DNA of 63,760 bases, filler included, from Hausera hauseri (GCA_046269625.1; 11 parts of 11 records of this genome joined end to end with filler, not necessarily neighbours in it), one strand, 5' to 3'; positions 51,521-63,760 are shown, counted from the whole stretch's first letter. The notes: generated by a model from the sequence alone, not told the origin. Numbers and translations: made by a program.

Positions 51521-53883
51521 ATAACAAACCAAAATTAAAAAATATTTTTGACACAACCTGATATTGCTTAGTATTTATACAGGCTAATTAAGTCAAGACG
51601 GGTGTTCGTAAATAATAAATATAATTCCTTCATAGAAACCTACTTCTAGGAACTTTCTTCATAAAGTTGTACAACAAGGTATTCTAGACCTACTTCCTAA
51701 TTTACTTGCATAGTTTTAATAAAGACCCATGCGCCTCCAAAAAACTGCCTTGCGTTATGATGATACAATTTCCGCAGCAAATTCGAGAGATATGACATTC
51801 TGATTTCAATAATGTTACAGAATATCACAGCACTACTCAGAAAATGTAGTACTGCCAGAGTTCCATGAGGTAAAATTAAAAATTATTAATCAAAATACTT
51901 ACGTTATTTATTCCTTTATTAGTGGGTTTACTGCAGAAATCTAACATTTAATTAATATGCGTAAAAAACTTAATGCCTTACTCGTTGTTCGATTAGCTTA
52001 CATATTCAAATAGTGTTTTCTTTATAAATACGACTTACATTTAACATCAAAGTTCATTTGTGCTTTGAAATGTCCGTTATTTAATGTTTGGATTGTACTT
52101 ATCACATAATCCATAACTTTGTGAGTAGTATTTGGCTATGGACTCATACAACGTTTGCGATATCAATAGTAGTAGTTACAAATTAAACATTTGTATGGAG
52201 ATACTTATTTGATACTTGACAATAGAATAAAACTTATATATTTTACAATTACTAAGCGATTTTGAAAAAAAACGATTTTCATAAAATGGGTTTAGCTCGC
52301 ACCCACTTTCACCGACTTGCACATACTTCAGATCAACAGCGATTGTATTGGAACTATTTCGATATTATTACTTATGCGAGGCACACGCGTATCGTAGTTC
52401 GATTAATCACGTGTGACCGTGACGTGCATGTGTTCGACATGTGCGCTTGTAAGCCAGCTAGAACCACGCACTTTCTTGCTCTTTTTCCGCTTTCCCACTT
52501 CTTCACAACCCCTCCTCCTATTTCAAATCAATCGACTGCCCGCACTCCACCCTACATTTACTCCTATACATTACTGCTCATATTTTGCTTCTGGTAGACG
52601 TTCGTTTTCTTTTTCTGCATTTTGTGGCTTTGGATTTTGCGACAGAGGAATGCGGACAGCACCAGTGAACTCACCTTGGTCGAGCCGCTTCTGATTGGTC
52701 TATTGGTGCGTGGACCTCTTTTTTTTCGCCTACCTTGCCCTCTTTGACCGACTCTCCCACTTTTCCCGTGCATGCGAACGCCATATTTCCTATATTTCCT
52801 TCCTTTTATTCTTCATACACGCCTTTCCTTCTTTATCACAGTATACACATCCCCCAACCATTCGTACTCCACATCCCCATTCGAACCAGTTCTACCTTCA
52901 GGAAGATTCTGTTAGAAACAGGCAGTGCTTTGAAGGCGTCTGTTTCTTCTATGTGGCGTATGTTGATCTCATTAATGGTCTTTTCTTTTAAAGTAATCCT
53001 AGTCCAAAAACGTGGGAGGCACAGGGTTGTTTCTAGTCGAAGACGCCAACAGACCTCCCCCTACCCCCCCAAGAATAATTCACTGCAGACTACTAATCCA
53101 TCTCTACCGTCTCACAGTATCATACCCATTTGAATGCCAGTGTGGAATAGGCACCCAGACACAAGAAAACATATGCCCAACTTATCACGACATCCAATAC
53201 AAAACATGGCCAAGGGGAACAAAAATGATGAAGACATTATGGGTCTGCCACTTGATCCTGTGAAAGGATGTAGACTTTATCCTGCCCCTAGGACTGCAGA
53301 TCTAGCAAGACCCAAAGACTTTAACGCAGGCGAAGAATATAATTTCAGTCTACCCTATTGTTTGCGAAGCTATCTTCTTCCCAGTTCTCTCTCATTTTGT
53401 TTGTACATCAGCCTACACGTGTGTCTGTTCGCTTTAATAACTAAATACATGCTGTTCTTTGTATCCTATTGCTTGCAGGACCCTGTTTTTCTTCTGGAAG
53501 AAGCAAGCAATGGAAGAGTCAACGTCATAAACTTGTGTGTGGTTAAACTTGAAAACAACATAATAGTTGTGACCAAATACAACTTCACCGACGTCAGCAA
53601 ATACAAGTTTGTATTAATCAACATTGTTTTACAAAAAAAGTGTATACGTTATTTTGAAATGAATGTAAATGTAAGTGTATGTTGACTGTCGCATCATCGG
53701 GTAAGTGCCTGCCACGCTGACACACCTTTAATCGTAGGTCATCCGCCTGTGCTGAGTGTTATCTGGTTCCGTGGTTCTCGTTTNNNNNNNNNNNNNNNNN
53801 NNNNNNNNNNNNNNNNNNNNNNNNNNNTTAATTAATTAANNNNNNNNNNNNNNNNNNNNNNNNNNNNNNNNNNNNNNNNNNNN

Positions 53884-55300
53884 CGCTTCATCATCACGGA
53901 CCAGGGTCCACAGTTTGAATCCAACCTGTTCAAATCCCTTGTTAACCTATTGGGGATCCACCACATACATATTACGCCTTATCACCCCCAATCGAGTGGC
54001 CTCCTAGAACGTTTCCACCAAACATTGCAAACGTCACTACGAATCCTCGCAGAGTCCAACATTAGTTAAACGAATCTTCTTCCCATCGTTCTGCTCGGCT
54101 GGTGGAACACTGCGTCCACTTCTACAGGATGCTCACCTACTGAAGCCTTATTCGGAGCTCCTGTACGATCATTATTCGAAATAACCGCCCTATACGACAC
54201 TCCCACTGATGAGACCATACGGACGGCACAAAATCATTTCCTCGAGGTCAGCAAAGATTCGTTCTGCAGGCTATTTCACAAAGACAAAACATACTTACCC
54301 AAAGATTTGTATTCGGCAAGATTCGTGTGGTTAAAGAATCAGGCGCCTTGGGGTTTCCAACCATGTTACCTGAGGCCCTGTAAACTGATACAGCTACACT
54401 CACACAACGCCATTATCTCTAAAGACGGCAAAGAACTTACAGTACACATTACCAACTTAAAGCCCGCTTTTTATGTTGACGACACCTTACCAACCGACAC
54501 GTCAACCTCTTTTCTCATTCCTCCACTCCCTGCTATCCCTATATCTATTGCTACATCATTTCCACCTTCCCCTTCTGCGCCTAGTCCTGCTCTATCATTT
54601 TCTACACTTTCTACTTCTATCCCTACCACTCTTCCTATCGCTACCATCCCTTCTGTTTCATCTTCCTCTTCCACTCTTTCACCCAACTCAATTCAAATTT
54701 CTACTCCAACTTTTTCCTCTCTTCCATTATTAGTCACTACACATTTCATCACTCCTTCGTCTTCTAACACTCTCTTCAATGCCTTTAACCATCCGTTAAA
54801 TGCCTTTAACAATCTCTCTTCCTTCTTCGACCTCTTCTTCTCTTTATTTTGACCCATTTTCTCACGACACAACACCTACACCAAAATCTACCAATTTTTT
54901 CCCAACCTCAATCTCTGCAAACAAACACATCGCATAAAGACAAAACACGCAGAGTCACATTCAGCAAGTATAGCAGGGTAAAATCGATAGAAGGTACCCA
55001 ACGTCTTGTTCACACTAAGATCCGCTGACACAGACACTTTTCGTTTTGCGATCTTTTCTCTCTATCCTTTTACTCTTCATGGTTTTAACTTCCCCACGGG
55101 AGGGGGTAATGTGGTGCCCACATCGACCGCCGCCCACTGGCCCATTTGGTTGGGTACGGCCGGGCGTCCGCTGCCGGCGCGTCGGGCCCATAGGTGGGCC
55201 CCGATATTCCTACTCTTCGCTGTAAAAAATTCAATCCATAATTTATCGAAAATGATCCTATATTTTATACTCATCTTTCGTATTTCAATTTTGAATGCTA
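53884..55300 (+). mobile_element. Gypsy 3' fragment: integrase end, S/P/T-rich tail, PPT and LTR start
   Basis: ITDQGPQFESNLF, ITPYHPQSSGLLERFHQTL and VHITNLKPAF. PPT GGGAGGGGGTAA then TGTGGTGCC at 55110. Confidence 0.85.
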
Positions 55301-55346
55301 TTTATTACCTTTACATAAAGTCAAATTTTACACGAACCTATCTGCT

Positions 55347-55930
55347 ATGATTCCACTTCAAATTGCTCCATTCAAATATGAACCGAATTCCAATGAATAT
55401 AAAGACGTACTCATCACGAAAATTGAACGAATCTTGCGACCAAAATTCTCATGCGACATCGTCCTGTTTATCAAAGAAACACCATTTTACGGTCATCGTA
55501 TTGTTCTTGTTTCAGCCAATCTCTACTTCTGCTGTCTCGACGAATACGATTTTAATTCCACCATGCGAAAGACTCATACGAGAAATAAAAGCTGTGGAAG
55601 TTGTCCTTTGGAAACTACGCATGAACTACAAACTACTGGTAATGCTCAGAAACATTGAACATTTCCTTTCCATCTTTTGGGTTATTGAATCTTGTATATC
55701 AACTTTTAGTGCCAACAGTATATATCCGCAGTACAGCAAGGACCAAATTACTCAATCAATTTATTAACTGATGGTATAAACGATTAGCGTGCTTCATGGT
55801 TGTTGGATAAGGTCCGTGTGGCAATTTTGGCAGATTCAGTGTTTCGTGTACAGACTTTTCTGTAATTTTAAACGTGTAGAAAAGAAATTTTTTAAATAAT
55901 GTAAAGGTCTGTTTTCTTCAAGTGAAAAAC
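55347..55930 (+). pseudogene. BTB/POZ (Kelch-like) gene fragment
   Basis: CDIVLFIKETPFYGHRIVLVSANLYF matches the BTB N-terminal motif. A broken continuation follows near 55770-55920. Confidence 0.6.
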
Positions 55931-55989
55931 TTTTGGATTTAAAAAATACAATCGATTTTAGCAGCCATATTGAATTTTTTTTCAATTTA

Positions 55990-56129
55990 GATTTCATGTA
56001 TCAAATACAGCGACTTATTTTATTCTGCCGATTTTATTTGATCCTACAATTTACGATATTGGATTTATCATCGTCTAACATACGTCGTTTTCTTTCGAGG
56101 ATCATAATATTGGTGTCAGAAGTGGGATT
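55990..56129 (+). mobile_element. LTR 3' end plus tRNA-Leu primer-binding site
   Basis: TCATAATAT-TGGTGTCAGAAGTGGGATT (56111-56129) is complementary to the 3' end of eukaryotic tRNA-Leu (...AATCCCACTTCTGACA-CCA). Confidence 0.75.
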
Positions 56130-56177
56130 ATTGGATTGCTTGAAATCAGTAATCGGTAATGAATTGAAAATTACAAA

Positions 56178-57284
56178 ATGATAAATAATTCTGTTGAGAG
56201 CAAATCAATTTTTGTTTCGGGAGTTATTGAAGGATTTCATGGACGCTCCTGGACGCCAAGTCAGCTGTTTGATTTATTTCAGAGATTGGAGAATTTCGGA
56301 ATGAATACGTACGTTTATGCACCGAAACATGATTCGAAACATCGACAGTTATGGCGCACTTTATATACGAATGCAGAACTTATGCTGTTAAAATATCTTA
56401 TTGAAACATCAAAGCTGTGCAAGGTAACATTTGTTTATTGCATTTCGCCAGGTTTAGCCATTACTTTTTCTGATCCTACGGATATTTTCATGCTAAAACA
56501 AAAAATGTTGCAGGTATCTGAAATAGGCTTTGAATCATTTACAATGCTTTTTGATGACATTGATTCTAATTTAAAAGAAACTGATTCAAAAGTGTACAAT
56601 TCGTCAGCTCAAGCTCAGGTCTCAATAACAAATGAAATACATGATTTTTTAAAACGTCAGAAATTGTTTTTCTTTTGTCCAAAAGAATATTGTGGAACTC
56701 GAGCTGTTCCATCTGCTAAAGAGTTTGACTACCTAAAAACTGTTGGAGAATTTTTATTACCAGAAATTCGCGTTTTGTGGACTAGTCCAAAAGTTGTTTC
56801 GAAATTTATTCCGGTACTGTCAATCATTGAACTATCTGCCTTTTTGCGACGATTTCCTTTTATATGGGACAATATCCGCGCTAATGACTATGGTCAACGT
56901 AGACTTTTCTTGGGTCCGCATTATGGCCGTTCATCGAGTCTAATTCAATACGTCAGCAGAGTACTTACCAACCATAACTGCGAGTTCGAGGCTAATTATA
57001 TCGCAACCCACACGTTGGCTCAATGCACACAATGTTATAGAAAAGCGCTAAAATGTGCTGTTGTCGATTGGCTGATGGTTTTGTGTGATGTCGATAAACA
57101 TTTCGAAAATACACACAAAGTGAACAAAAAATTAATTATCGACAATAATTCATCAAATATACAGTTCTATACTGTTTCAAAAACACACTGTCAAACCTTT
57201 GCAGGATATGACTGCTCAGATTTTGATCCTTATACGCTGCAATTGAACTGCCAAATATTGCTACCATTCAATACCCCCAAGTAG
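56178..57284 (+). pseudogene. OGA: O-GlcNAcase (GH84) copy, intronless, C-terminally truncated
   Basis: GVIEGF(H)G, YVYAPK(H)D.KHR, ISPG, FDDI (catalytic DD intact), CPKEYC, WT(S)PKVVS, WDNI(R)ANDY and NCEFEANY. Several normally invariant residues are substituted. The ORF ends in the inserted element at 57280. Confidence 0.88.
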
Positions 57285-58561
57285 TGTGAAAATGTGCTTT
57301 CGGTCCCACATCAGGGGGGATCGGTAAATCGATTTTGCACATGTGCCGATCGATAGTACACACTGTGCACCGTTGCTAAGGGCACTTTTGCACTTTTCAC
57401 ATATCGATCGCTGCACATAGCACTATTGATCGAATCGATCGGTACAAAGTGGTAATCGATAGAGCACATCAAGGCGCATCGATTGGTGCACTGTACAAGT
57501 GTGCAGCGCATGTGCAAGTGTGCAAAATCAATAATATTGGATTTTCGAGTTTTCAAAAATCGATCGTTGGGGCTCGGGACCGGGTGCAATCGGTAGTGCA
57601 CTTGATGTTGTATATGAATGTGCAGTTAGAATTTAAATCGATTGATTGGTTTTCGAATAATTCGCAAGTGGGACCGAAGGCACATAGGCCTTTCCGGTAT
57701 AAATTTTAAATCAATGATATCAAAATGGTATATGTACAGGTGTGTGCAGTAGACGATGCACTTTCAATCAGTGCACAATTCAAGTGTGCATTGATTATCG
57801 ATCGGTGTGCAGGCGCACTTTTCACTTTACAAACTTTTGCAATTGTGCATCCTAGGATTGATGGAATTGATTGGGATCAAGAGCAGTTAGATAGAGCACA
57901 TCGAGATGCACCTTGACGGATGATGTGCAGTGCAAAAACATGCGTGCAAGTGTGCAAAAATCAATAATATCCTATTTTTGATAAATCAAATATGGCTGAT
58001 TAGCACTTGTGACCGGGTGCAATCGGAAGCAAACATGATGTAGTATATGAAAGTGCAGTTAGAATTTAAATTTATTGATTAGATATTGATTAATATCGAT
58101 CGAAACTTCAAAATGGTTATAGTTTCAGTGTGTTTTAAGCGTAGAGAAGCAAAATTCAACCCAATATTGCGCGGGGACAAACAGGAAATCAAGTATGCTG
58201 ACCTCGAATATCGAGATGAAAGTTCGATATTCGAAGATTTTCGAACTCAAAAATCGAAGTTCAAACTATTCGAAAAATGTGATGGTGGGAATCGATTCCC
58301 CATATTCGAAGACCCCCAAGTACATAAAAATTGCATCTCGAAAATGTACTGTATAGTCATAAAATCAATATTTCCAATTAAGCAAAATGTGCATTTAAAG
58401 TGCAGTAAAGCGGAAATCGATAAATCCTTAAGCGTACATGCCACCGTTGCTAATCACTTTTGGATCGATAGTGCTCCGGGTGCACTACCGATCGGCACAT
58501 GTTCAAAATCGATTTATCGACTCCCCCGGGGGTGGGGCAGAACCGCCATTTTCACACTACT
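57280..58561. mobile_element. 1.28-kb non-autonomous TIR element with AGTAGT termini (mini-Polinton-like)
   Basis: AGTAGTGTGAAAATG ... CATTTTCACACTACT, with the imperfect inverted repeat extending about 85 bp. Internal direct repeat with a period of about 430 bp. Dense in GTGCAC/TGCA/ATCGAT. No coding capacity. Confidence 0.85.
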
Positions 58562-59649
58562 TACATCGCATATTAGATGATGGAGTTTAATATGCAAGAT
58601 GGGAAAAATTATTAAGTCCAGATAATTATAAAGAAGTGATGATGAATTTTCTGAGAACATTGTCAAGAGGTTTTATAAAATTTGGTACCGTGTCAGCAGG
58701 AATTTTCACAATTTATTTAAGAGTTCAAACAGCTAAAGCCATTCTTTCATCATTACTAAATGCATATGAAATATATACTCTTACAGGTGTTTCGTTAAAA
58801 ATACTATCTGTTGTTTAACACCATTTGGTATGATATTAAAAGCGCATGATGAAAAAAGATAAAAGAATCTGGTAGAAAAACATGTTAATCTAGACAACAG
58901 AAAAAAGAACGCCACCAAACACCTCCACCAAGAATGAATATTGAAAACAATACCTACACAGAAGCAGCTATGACAAGCACAAATATCCAGAACTTTCCTC
59001 TAATTACTGAAAAGATTGAAAAGGAAATTAAATATCCTTATGGGTAGCATGAAAACAACAGGAAATTAATTGTTATACCAAGAGCACTTAACCAGACTGA
59101 TTTAATATATAGTGAACAACTTAAACAATTATGTCAGTATCCCGATTTAACATCCCTAGCACAAAATTGGAAAACAACCAGACCAGTGTCATCACCAAAA
59201 TTTACTTCAATTAGACCATCATCTCCATTACTAACTAATTCAATTTTAGTAGAAAATAAAACTTCTGAACTGCCGCTAAATGGCAAATTTATAGTTGAAA
59301 ATGGTTTCATTAGAACTACAGGTGTATATTCTTTATTAGCTTTAGTTGAAAATCCTAATAAAAAACAACTTCAGTCTATAAGTCGTACACACGAGCCAAG
59401 ACCACAAACCACCATACGTATTCGAAATATAAAAATAAGTGCTTTAATTGATACAAGAGAAACAATGACTCTGATACATCAAATGCTTATCTTAATGAAA
59501 TATCAACATGAGATAAGACTATCAAGTCATCAAATGGAGGTAATACATTACTTTTTGGACAGACAGTATTTTCTGCAGGATATTGGACTACTGAGATAAT
59601 TATTTATGAAAAATAATTAATAGTAACGATACAAGTAATGAAACAATTA
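58562..59649 (+). mobile_element. Gypsy gag-protease remnant
   Basis: RPQTTIRIRNIKISALIDT(R)ETMTLI resembles the retropepsin A-L-I-D-T-G motif, preceded by broken gag-like ORFs. Confidence 0.55.
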
Positions 59650-59858
59650 NNNNNNNNNNNNNNNNNNNNNNNNNNNNNNNNNNNNNNNNNNNNTTAATTA
59701 ATTAANNNNNNNNNNNNNNNNNNNNNNNNNNNNNNNNNNNNNNNNNNNNAAAGAATAAATAATTATGACACGTGACAGGATTGTCGGAAGCTCAAATCAA
59801 TAACCAGATGGACATGAACGACTTTTATTGAAAGGTTACAGAGATATTAGCAGATAAG

Positions 59859-60323
59859 ATGGTGATCGGAGCCAAAAGAATCGAGATGTTGATTAACCAT
59901 CTCAAATGCCCTCTTCGGCAAATAATCGGAGTTCGTGATATATTATATCACGAAGATGTCCTTCAAATATATCCATTGGGCACGGTTAATCAAAAGGAGT
60001 TGGCCAAGAAATTCTACGAAACCCGGAATATGCCACTCCGGAGCACTGTATTAATCCTGTGCTTTCAAGAAATATACAAGACATTAAAACGGAATAATGA
60101 TATAATCGTCGAAAATTGGGCTTCCGATAAGGTGCTAAAAACACCAACAGTAACAACTAGAAAGAGAAATTTTCAAATGGACGAGACAGTTTTCTTAGAC
60201 GGGGAACATATGAAATCGATGCAGTACGTTACAGATTTCCATCTGACAAATACATTCATGTGTCTCCTTGTTGATTCAAAAATTTGGGGCAAATTGTTTA
60301 ACCCCCATCAATTTGTTGAGTGA
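59859..60323 (+). CDS. Hypothetical protein, probably the 3' part of a gene
   Basis: 154-aa ORF with protein-like composition next to a gap. No recognised motif. Confidence 0.3.
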   Translation: MVIGAKRIEMLINHLKCPLRQIIGVRDILYHEDVLQIYPLGTVNQKELAKKFYETRNMPLRSTVLILCFQEIYKTLKRNNDIIVENWASDKVLKTPTVTTRKRNFQMDETVFLDGEHMKSMQYVTDFHLTNTFMCLLVDSKIWGKLFNPHQFVE

Positions 60324-61455
60324 TCAGTCAGTCAAATCATTCGGAACAGTCGATGTAATTCTATAAACATTCTATTTTCAAAACAATCGATATAATTCAT
60401 CATTAAACACAGCAGATATAATTCGATAAACGTTCTATATATGAAGACAAACTAAAAATATACGAACAAACATTTAATGTGTCTTACATTATGTAGTTGT
60501 CTTAATTTGGTATTTTTTATGATTTTATAAACATGTCTCTGTGTATAAATACCCATCACATCTTGGATTAATTTGACCAATTTCTCTGTATCATGTCCAA
60601 ATGTAAGATTTCTTTCATTATTTTACATATTCCTAGCATCCTTTTCAGTGAATTCTCAGTATTATTTACTAGTTCTTCAATGTCATTCGCTAAGCTGCTG
60701 TTTTGTAGACTGTCTCATTTCAGTTTTAAATGCTTGTGGTGCTTGAATGTGTCCTTCATTTTTTAAAATTCCCTCTCTGATCTGAGAGAAAATGATCTTT
60801 TGTTTGCTGGTTTCTTTATCATTTGTATCTGATCTGATCATCGTTCCGACAGGTCCACTCCATGATGTGCTTGTTCCAGTGGTACTACTAGACAGGTCAC
60901 AGAGCTTCTCCTTACGGGGTCGGTCCCATGCGTTGCACGGCAGTGCACCAGAGATATGGGATAGAATTCTAGTCGTCACTCATATAGAGCCCCAAGCCCC
61001 GTGCAGCCGACTTCGGCATTGCCATTTTTGGAATGTCTAGGATTTTCAAACTGGACCATCGTCTGAACCATGTAATTCAGTAGGATAGGGACAATCAGTA
61101 GGTGCGGCCAACAGACACCTCCTCCCACTTGAGTGTAGGAAGAGTTGGCAGAATCCTGTCTGTTCCGAACAGGGAGCACCAAGAGCCCACGATTGGACTC
61201 CATGAGGGTAGGGTGGCCTTGACTGACTCACTTAGAATTGTCAGCCCTTACTCCCCTAATATGTTGTTCAATGTAAATGTAAAAATTGATATTACAGTTT
61301 TTCCTGAATAAATAATTCTTTGTACCGGGCTGTCAGATATCAGATTTACTTGCTCGTGACCGGGCACTCGTTTACATCCCATAATTTCGTGAAATGTGAC
61401 CGGAGGATTCCTTGCTCCAGCAATTCCAACCAATCGATTAAGTGACCCGTACTTC

Positions 61456-62739
61456 TCAGAATGTCTCAAACTTAACGTGGCCTTTTGCATGGACTAGATG
61501 GGCGCGGAATCGGCCGCACATTGGAGTTGATCTCGTGCCAACAGCAGTATTGTCCCTCTGTAGAGTGAGTACTGTTTGAATCACTTCATTTGCACATATC
61601 TTTTTTTCTGCAGACTTTCGCAACTGGAATATGATCGCTGCCTGCTGCTCAACTTTTTTCTTCCAGTATGTTATTCGTTCCTGCTGTTGGACAAGTTGTT
61701 CTTGCATTTCCTTCATTTTGTCCAATAAATGATCTTCTGTTTGTTGCGATTGATCTGTTTGTTGCAACTGGTCTGTTTGTTGCGAATGGTCTGTCTGTTG
61801 GTCGCCTGCCTGTTGTTCACCTGGCTGTTGTTCTCTATCTTGTTCACCTGCCTGCTGGTCTGAGTGTTGTTCACACGCCTTCTGGTCTGACTGCTGTTCT
61901 GTCTGTTGGTCGCCTGCCTGTTGTTCACCTGGCTGTTGTTCATCTGCCTGCTGGACTGTTTTGTGTGGCTGATGTACCTGGGGCATGTTACTTGATTTCT
62001 TCGGCACTATCTCGAATCTCTTGTCGAGATTCTTGTGCCATATCTCCTCAGCCACATTATCCAGCTTGATAGACTCCAGTGTCTCATCAAGCTGGAGTTT
62101 CCGCCTCATTCTGTTCCGTCTCCTTCGCTCAGTGACTTTTTGGCACTGAGCAAAGAAGTCTGATCTGATGGCTATACGCTCCTGCGTATTATTAGCCTCC
62201 CGTTCAGCAGCGGCAAGTTTCTCCACTCGCTGCTTCGTCATTCTTATCTTCTGGTTGGCCGGCGGTAATATGCGTTTCTTCTTTTTCTCCACCGGCTCAA
62301 CCAGGAAATCATCGTCGGAGTCCGTCAATTGAATGTCCTTACGGACCTGGTTGATTACTGATTCCTAAATAAAATAATTAACATGCTACACATATAATGA
62401 ATAAATTTACTGTCATGCTATTGTCCATGTCCACAGGCAATTTCTTGTGTGGACGGACACGACTTGGTATATGTCCGTGTACTGTGGATGGTTTGTGTAC
62501 ACTGGATGGCTTGTGTACACTGGATGGTTTATCTAAAATAAAATGTAAGTATAAAAATAAAAATATAACTTACCAAGTGCCTTTGCAATAGACACTAACT
62601 CCTGCGTTATGCATGGCTCATACACAGGAGCATGTTTCACAGCACTGGGCACATATTCCGTGCCCTCTTTCCTTTGCTGCTCCAGTGCAACAATCACTAA
62701 CTTTTGTTTTTCGCCTTCTGTAATGTCGAATTTTGGCAT
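61456..62739 (-). CDS. Unknown multi-exon protein with Q-rich repeats and coiled coil
   Basis: ATG at 62739 after TATA/CCAAT. Short GT-AG introns near 62572-62533 and 62410-62364 lead into the 290-aa ORF with KKKKR, QQAGEQ/QQTDQ repeats and a coiled coil. The downstream continuation (to about 60683) is broken. Confidence 0.55.
61735..61955. repeat. Coding minisatellite (15-18-bp units, Q-rich)
   Basis: Repeated CTGTTGTTCACCTGGCTG / CTGTTTGTTGCGA units. Confidence 0.8.
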
Positions 62740-62773
62740 TGTAAGAAATGACAAAATAATAAGAGACACTAGC

Positions 62774-62813
62774 TTATATAACAATTTTCAACCAATCAAA
62801 TTTCGACCAATCA
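62774..62813 (-). promoter_or_regulatory. Double CCAAT plus TATA promoter for the leftward gene
   Basis: The minus strand reads TGATTGG-n8-TGATTGG-n11-TATATAAG, about 35 bp upstream of ATG 62739. Confidence 0.6.
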
Positions 62814-62859
62814 GATTTTAGACACACACATTGCCTTATTTGGCTTAACAAAACTATAT

Positions 62860-63080
62860 AGCTCACATTATATGTGTCTGAACAAAACCATTGTTGCGTA
62901 ATTGTCTGAACAAAACACACACACAACATTGTCAGAATTGTCCGAACAAAACTATATAACATTGTCTGAACAAAACACACAACACTGCCACATAATTGTC
63001 CGAACAAAACTATAGAACATTGTCTGAACAAAACACACACACAACATTGTCACATAATTATCTGAAGAAAAGACATTGTC
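62860..63080. repeat. Short tandem repeat (TTGTCYGAACAAAAC core)
   Basis: About seven copies of TTGTC(C/T)GAACAAAAC with variable CA/TA tails. Confidence 0.8.
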
Positions 63081-63613
63081 ACTTTATATTTGTTTTGACA
63101 TCACTATTTGTATGGATAAAAAATTTGTACATAGTGTTAGTCTATATGAACACAGAGTTATGTTAACAATTGTATGTAATATTAAACTATATAATAGTCA
63201 ACACTGACATGTAAAGTATTATGTTTAACACATTGAATGTGTTTAATAGTAAGGTGACATATAAGTATGGTTTTTACTAAGAATGAAATGGGACTATGCG
63301 AAGCGCCGCTTTTATATATATATGCATCTATTAATTCCATAACCACTATTTAATGCATCTATTTACTCCATAACCACTATTTAATGCGAAACGCAGCGCG
63401 AAGCGCCGCACGAAAACGGGTTATTTTGCGCACACACACACATAAACACATAAAGTAAAATTGTACATTATATATAGTTATCAACTGTCTCTTACACATG
63501 AAGTAAAATTGTATTTAGTTAAAAATTGACACATATAAAGAAATACAAATAAACTATATGAGACAAACTGTACATTGTTTAATAACAATCATTTATATTG
63601 CTATTCTTCATTT

Positions 63614-63654
63614 TGATTGGCTGTAATTTGATTGGATGAAATTTACTATAAATA
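63614..63654 (+). promoter_or_regulatory. Double CCAAT plus TATA promoter for a rightward gene
   Basis: TGATTGG-n8-TGATTGG-n11-TATAAATA, followed by ATG at 63700 and a candidate 46-bp GTATGT...TAG intron (63703-63748). Confidence 0.6.
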
Positions 63655-63760
63655 AAGTGTTGAAGTTTATATGTATGAAATATTATTCTACTTATCAAAA
63701 TGGTATGTATTTATTTTTCATTGTTTTTACTGTAATGTCACCATATAGATTTGCAACTTC

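Noticed and set aside
52262-53685. Cluster of overlapping ORFs in a pyrimidine-rich segment
   Set aside because: No recognisable domain and biased composition. It may be LTR or UTR sequence, but boundaries could not be supported.
54471-54875. S/P/T-rich and antisense E/G-rich ORFs after the Gypsy integrase as a possible env
   Set aside because: This is low-complexity, pyrimidine-rich sequence with no signal peptide or recognisable ectodomain.
61456-61525. MCGRF motif resembling the SRAP/HMCES N-terminus
   Set aside because: It is internal to another ORF and followed by only about 16 codons, with no further SRAP motifs.

Overview
This is AT-rich eukaryotic (metazoan) DNA, not a prokaryote. 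Eleven short contigs are joined by artificial 100-bp linkers (N44-TTAATTAATTAA-N44), so adjacency across gaps means nothing. Introns are about 46-53 bp, which suggests a compact invertebrate genome. Most of the window is decayed mobile DNA: three mariner elements, a hAT-like (hATm-type) transposon, a BEL/Pao element, several Gypsy pieces, a near-complete Polinton/Maverick (adintovirus-like) virion module with two penton paralogs, and a 7-kb satellite built from 47- and 70-bp units. Host-derived sequences are BPTF/NURF301, a vigilin-like pseudogene, a BTB fragment and an O-GlcNAcase copy. Most notable: (1) A 'complex' Gypsy family is present in two diverged copies. Between integrase and the PPT/3' LTR it carries an FN3-like type-I membrane protein, apparently fused to Pol, plus a splice-acceptor-led accessory region ending in a RING finger. 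(2) Two host coding sequences (O-GlcNAcase and the BPTF DDT region) each start directly behind the same LTR end and tRNA-Leu primer-binding site, suggesting an LTR family that captures host mRNA. (3) A 1.3-kb non-coding element has Polinton-type AGTAGT termini. (4) A mirror-image double-CCAAT/TATA promoter pair faces two unknown genes. All family assignments come from motif recognition by eye, with no database searches.
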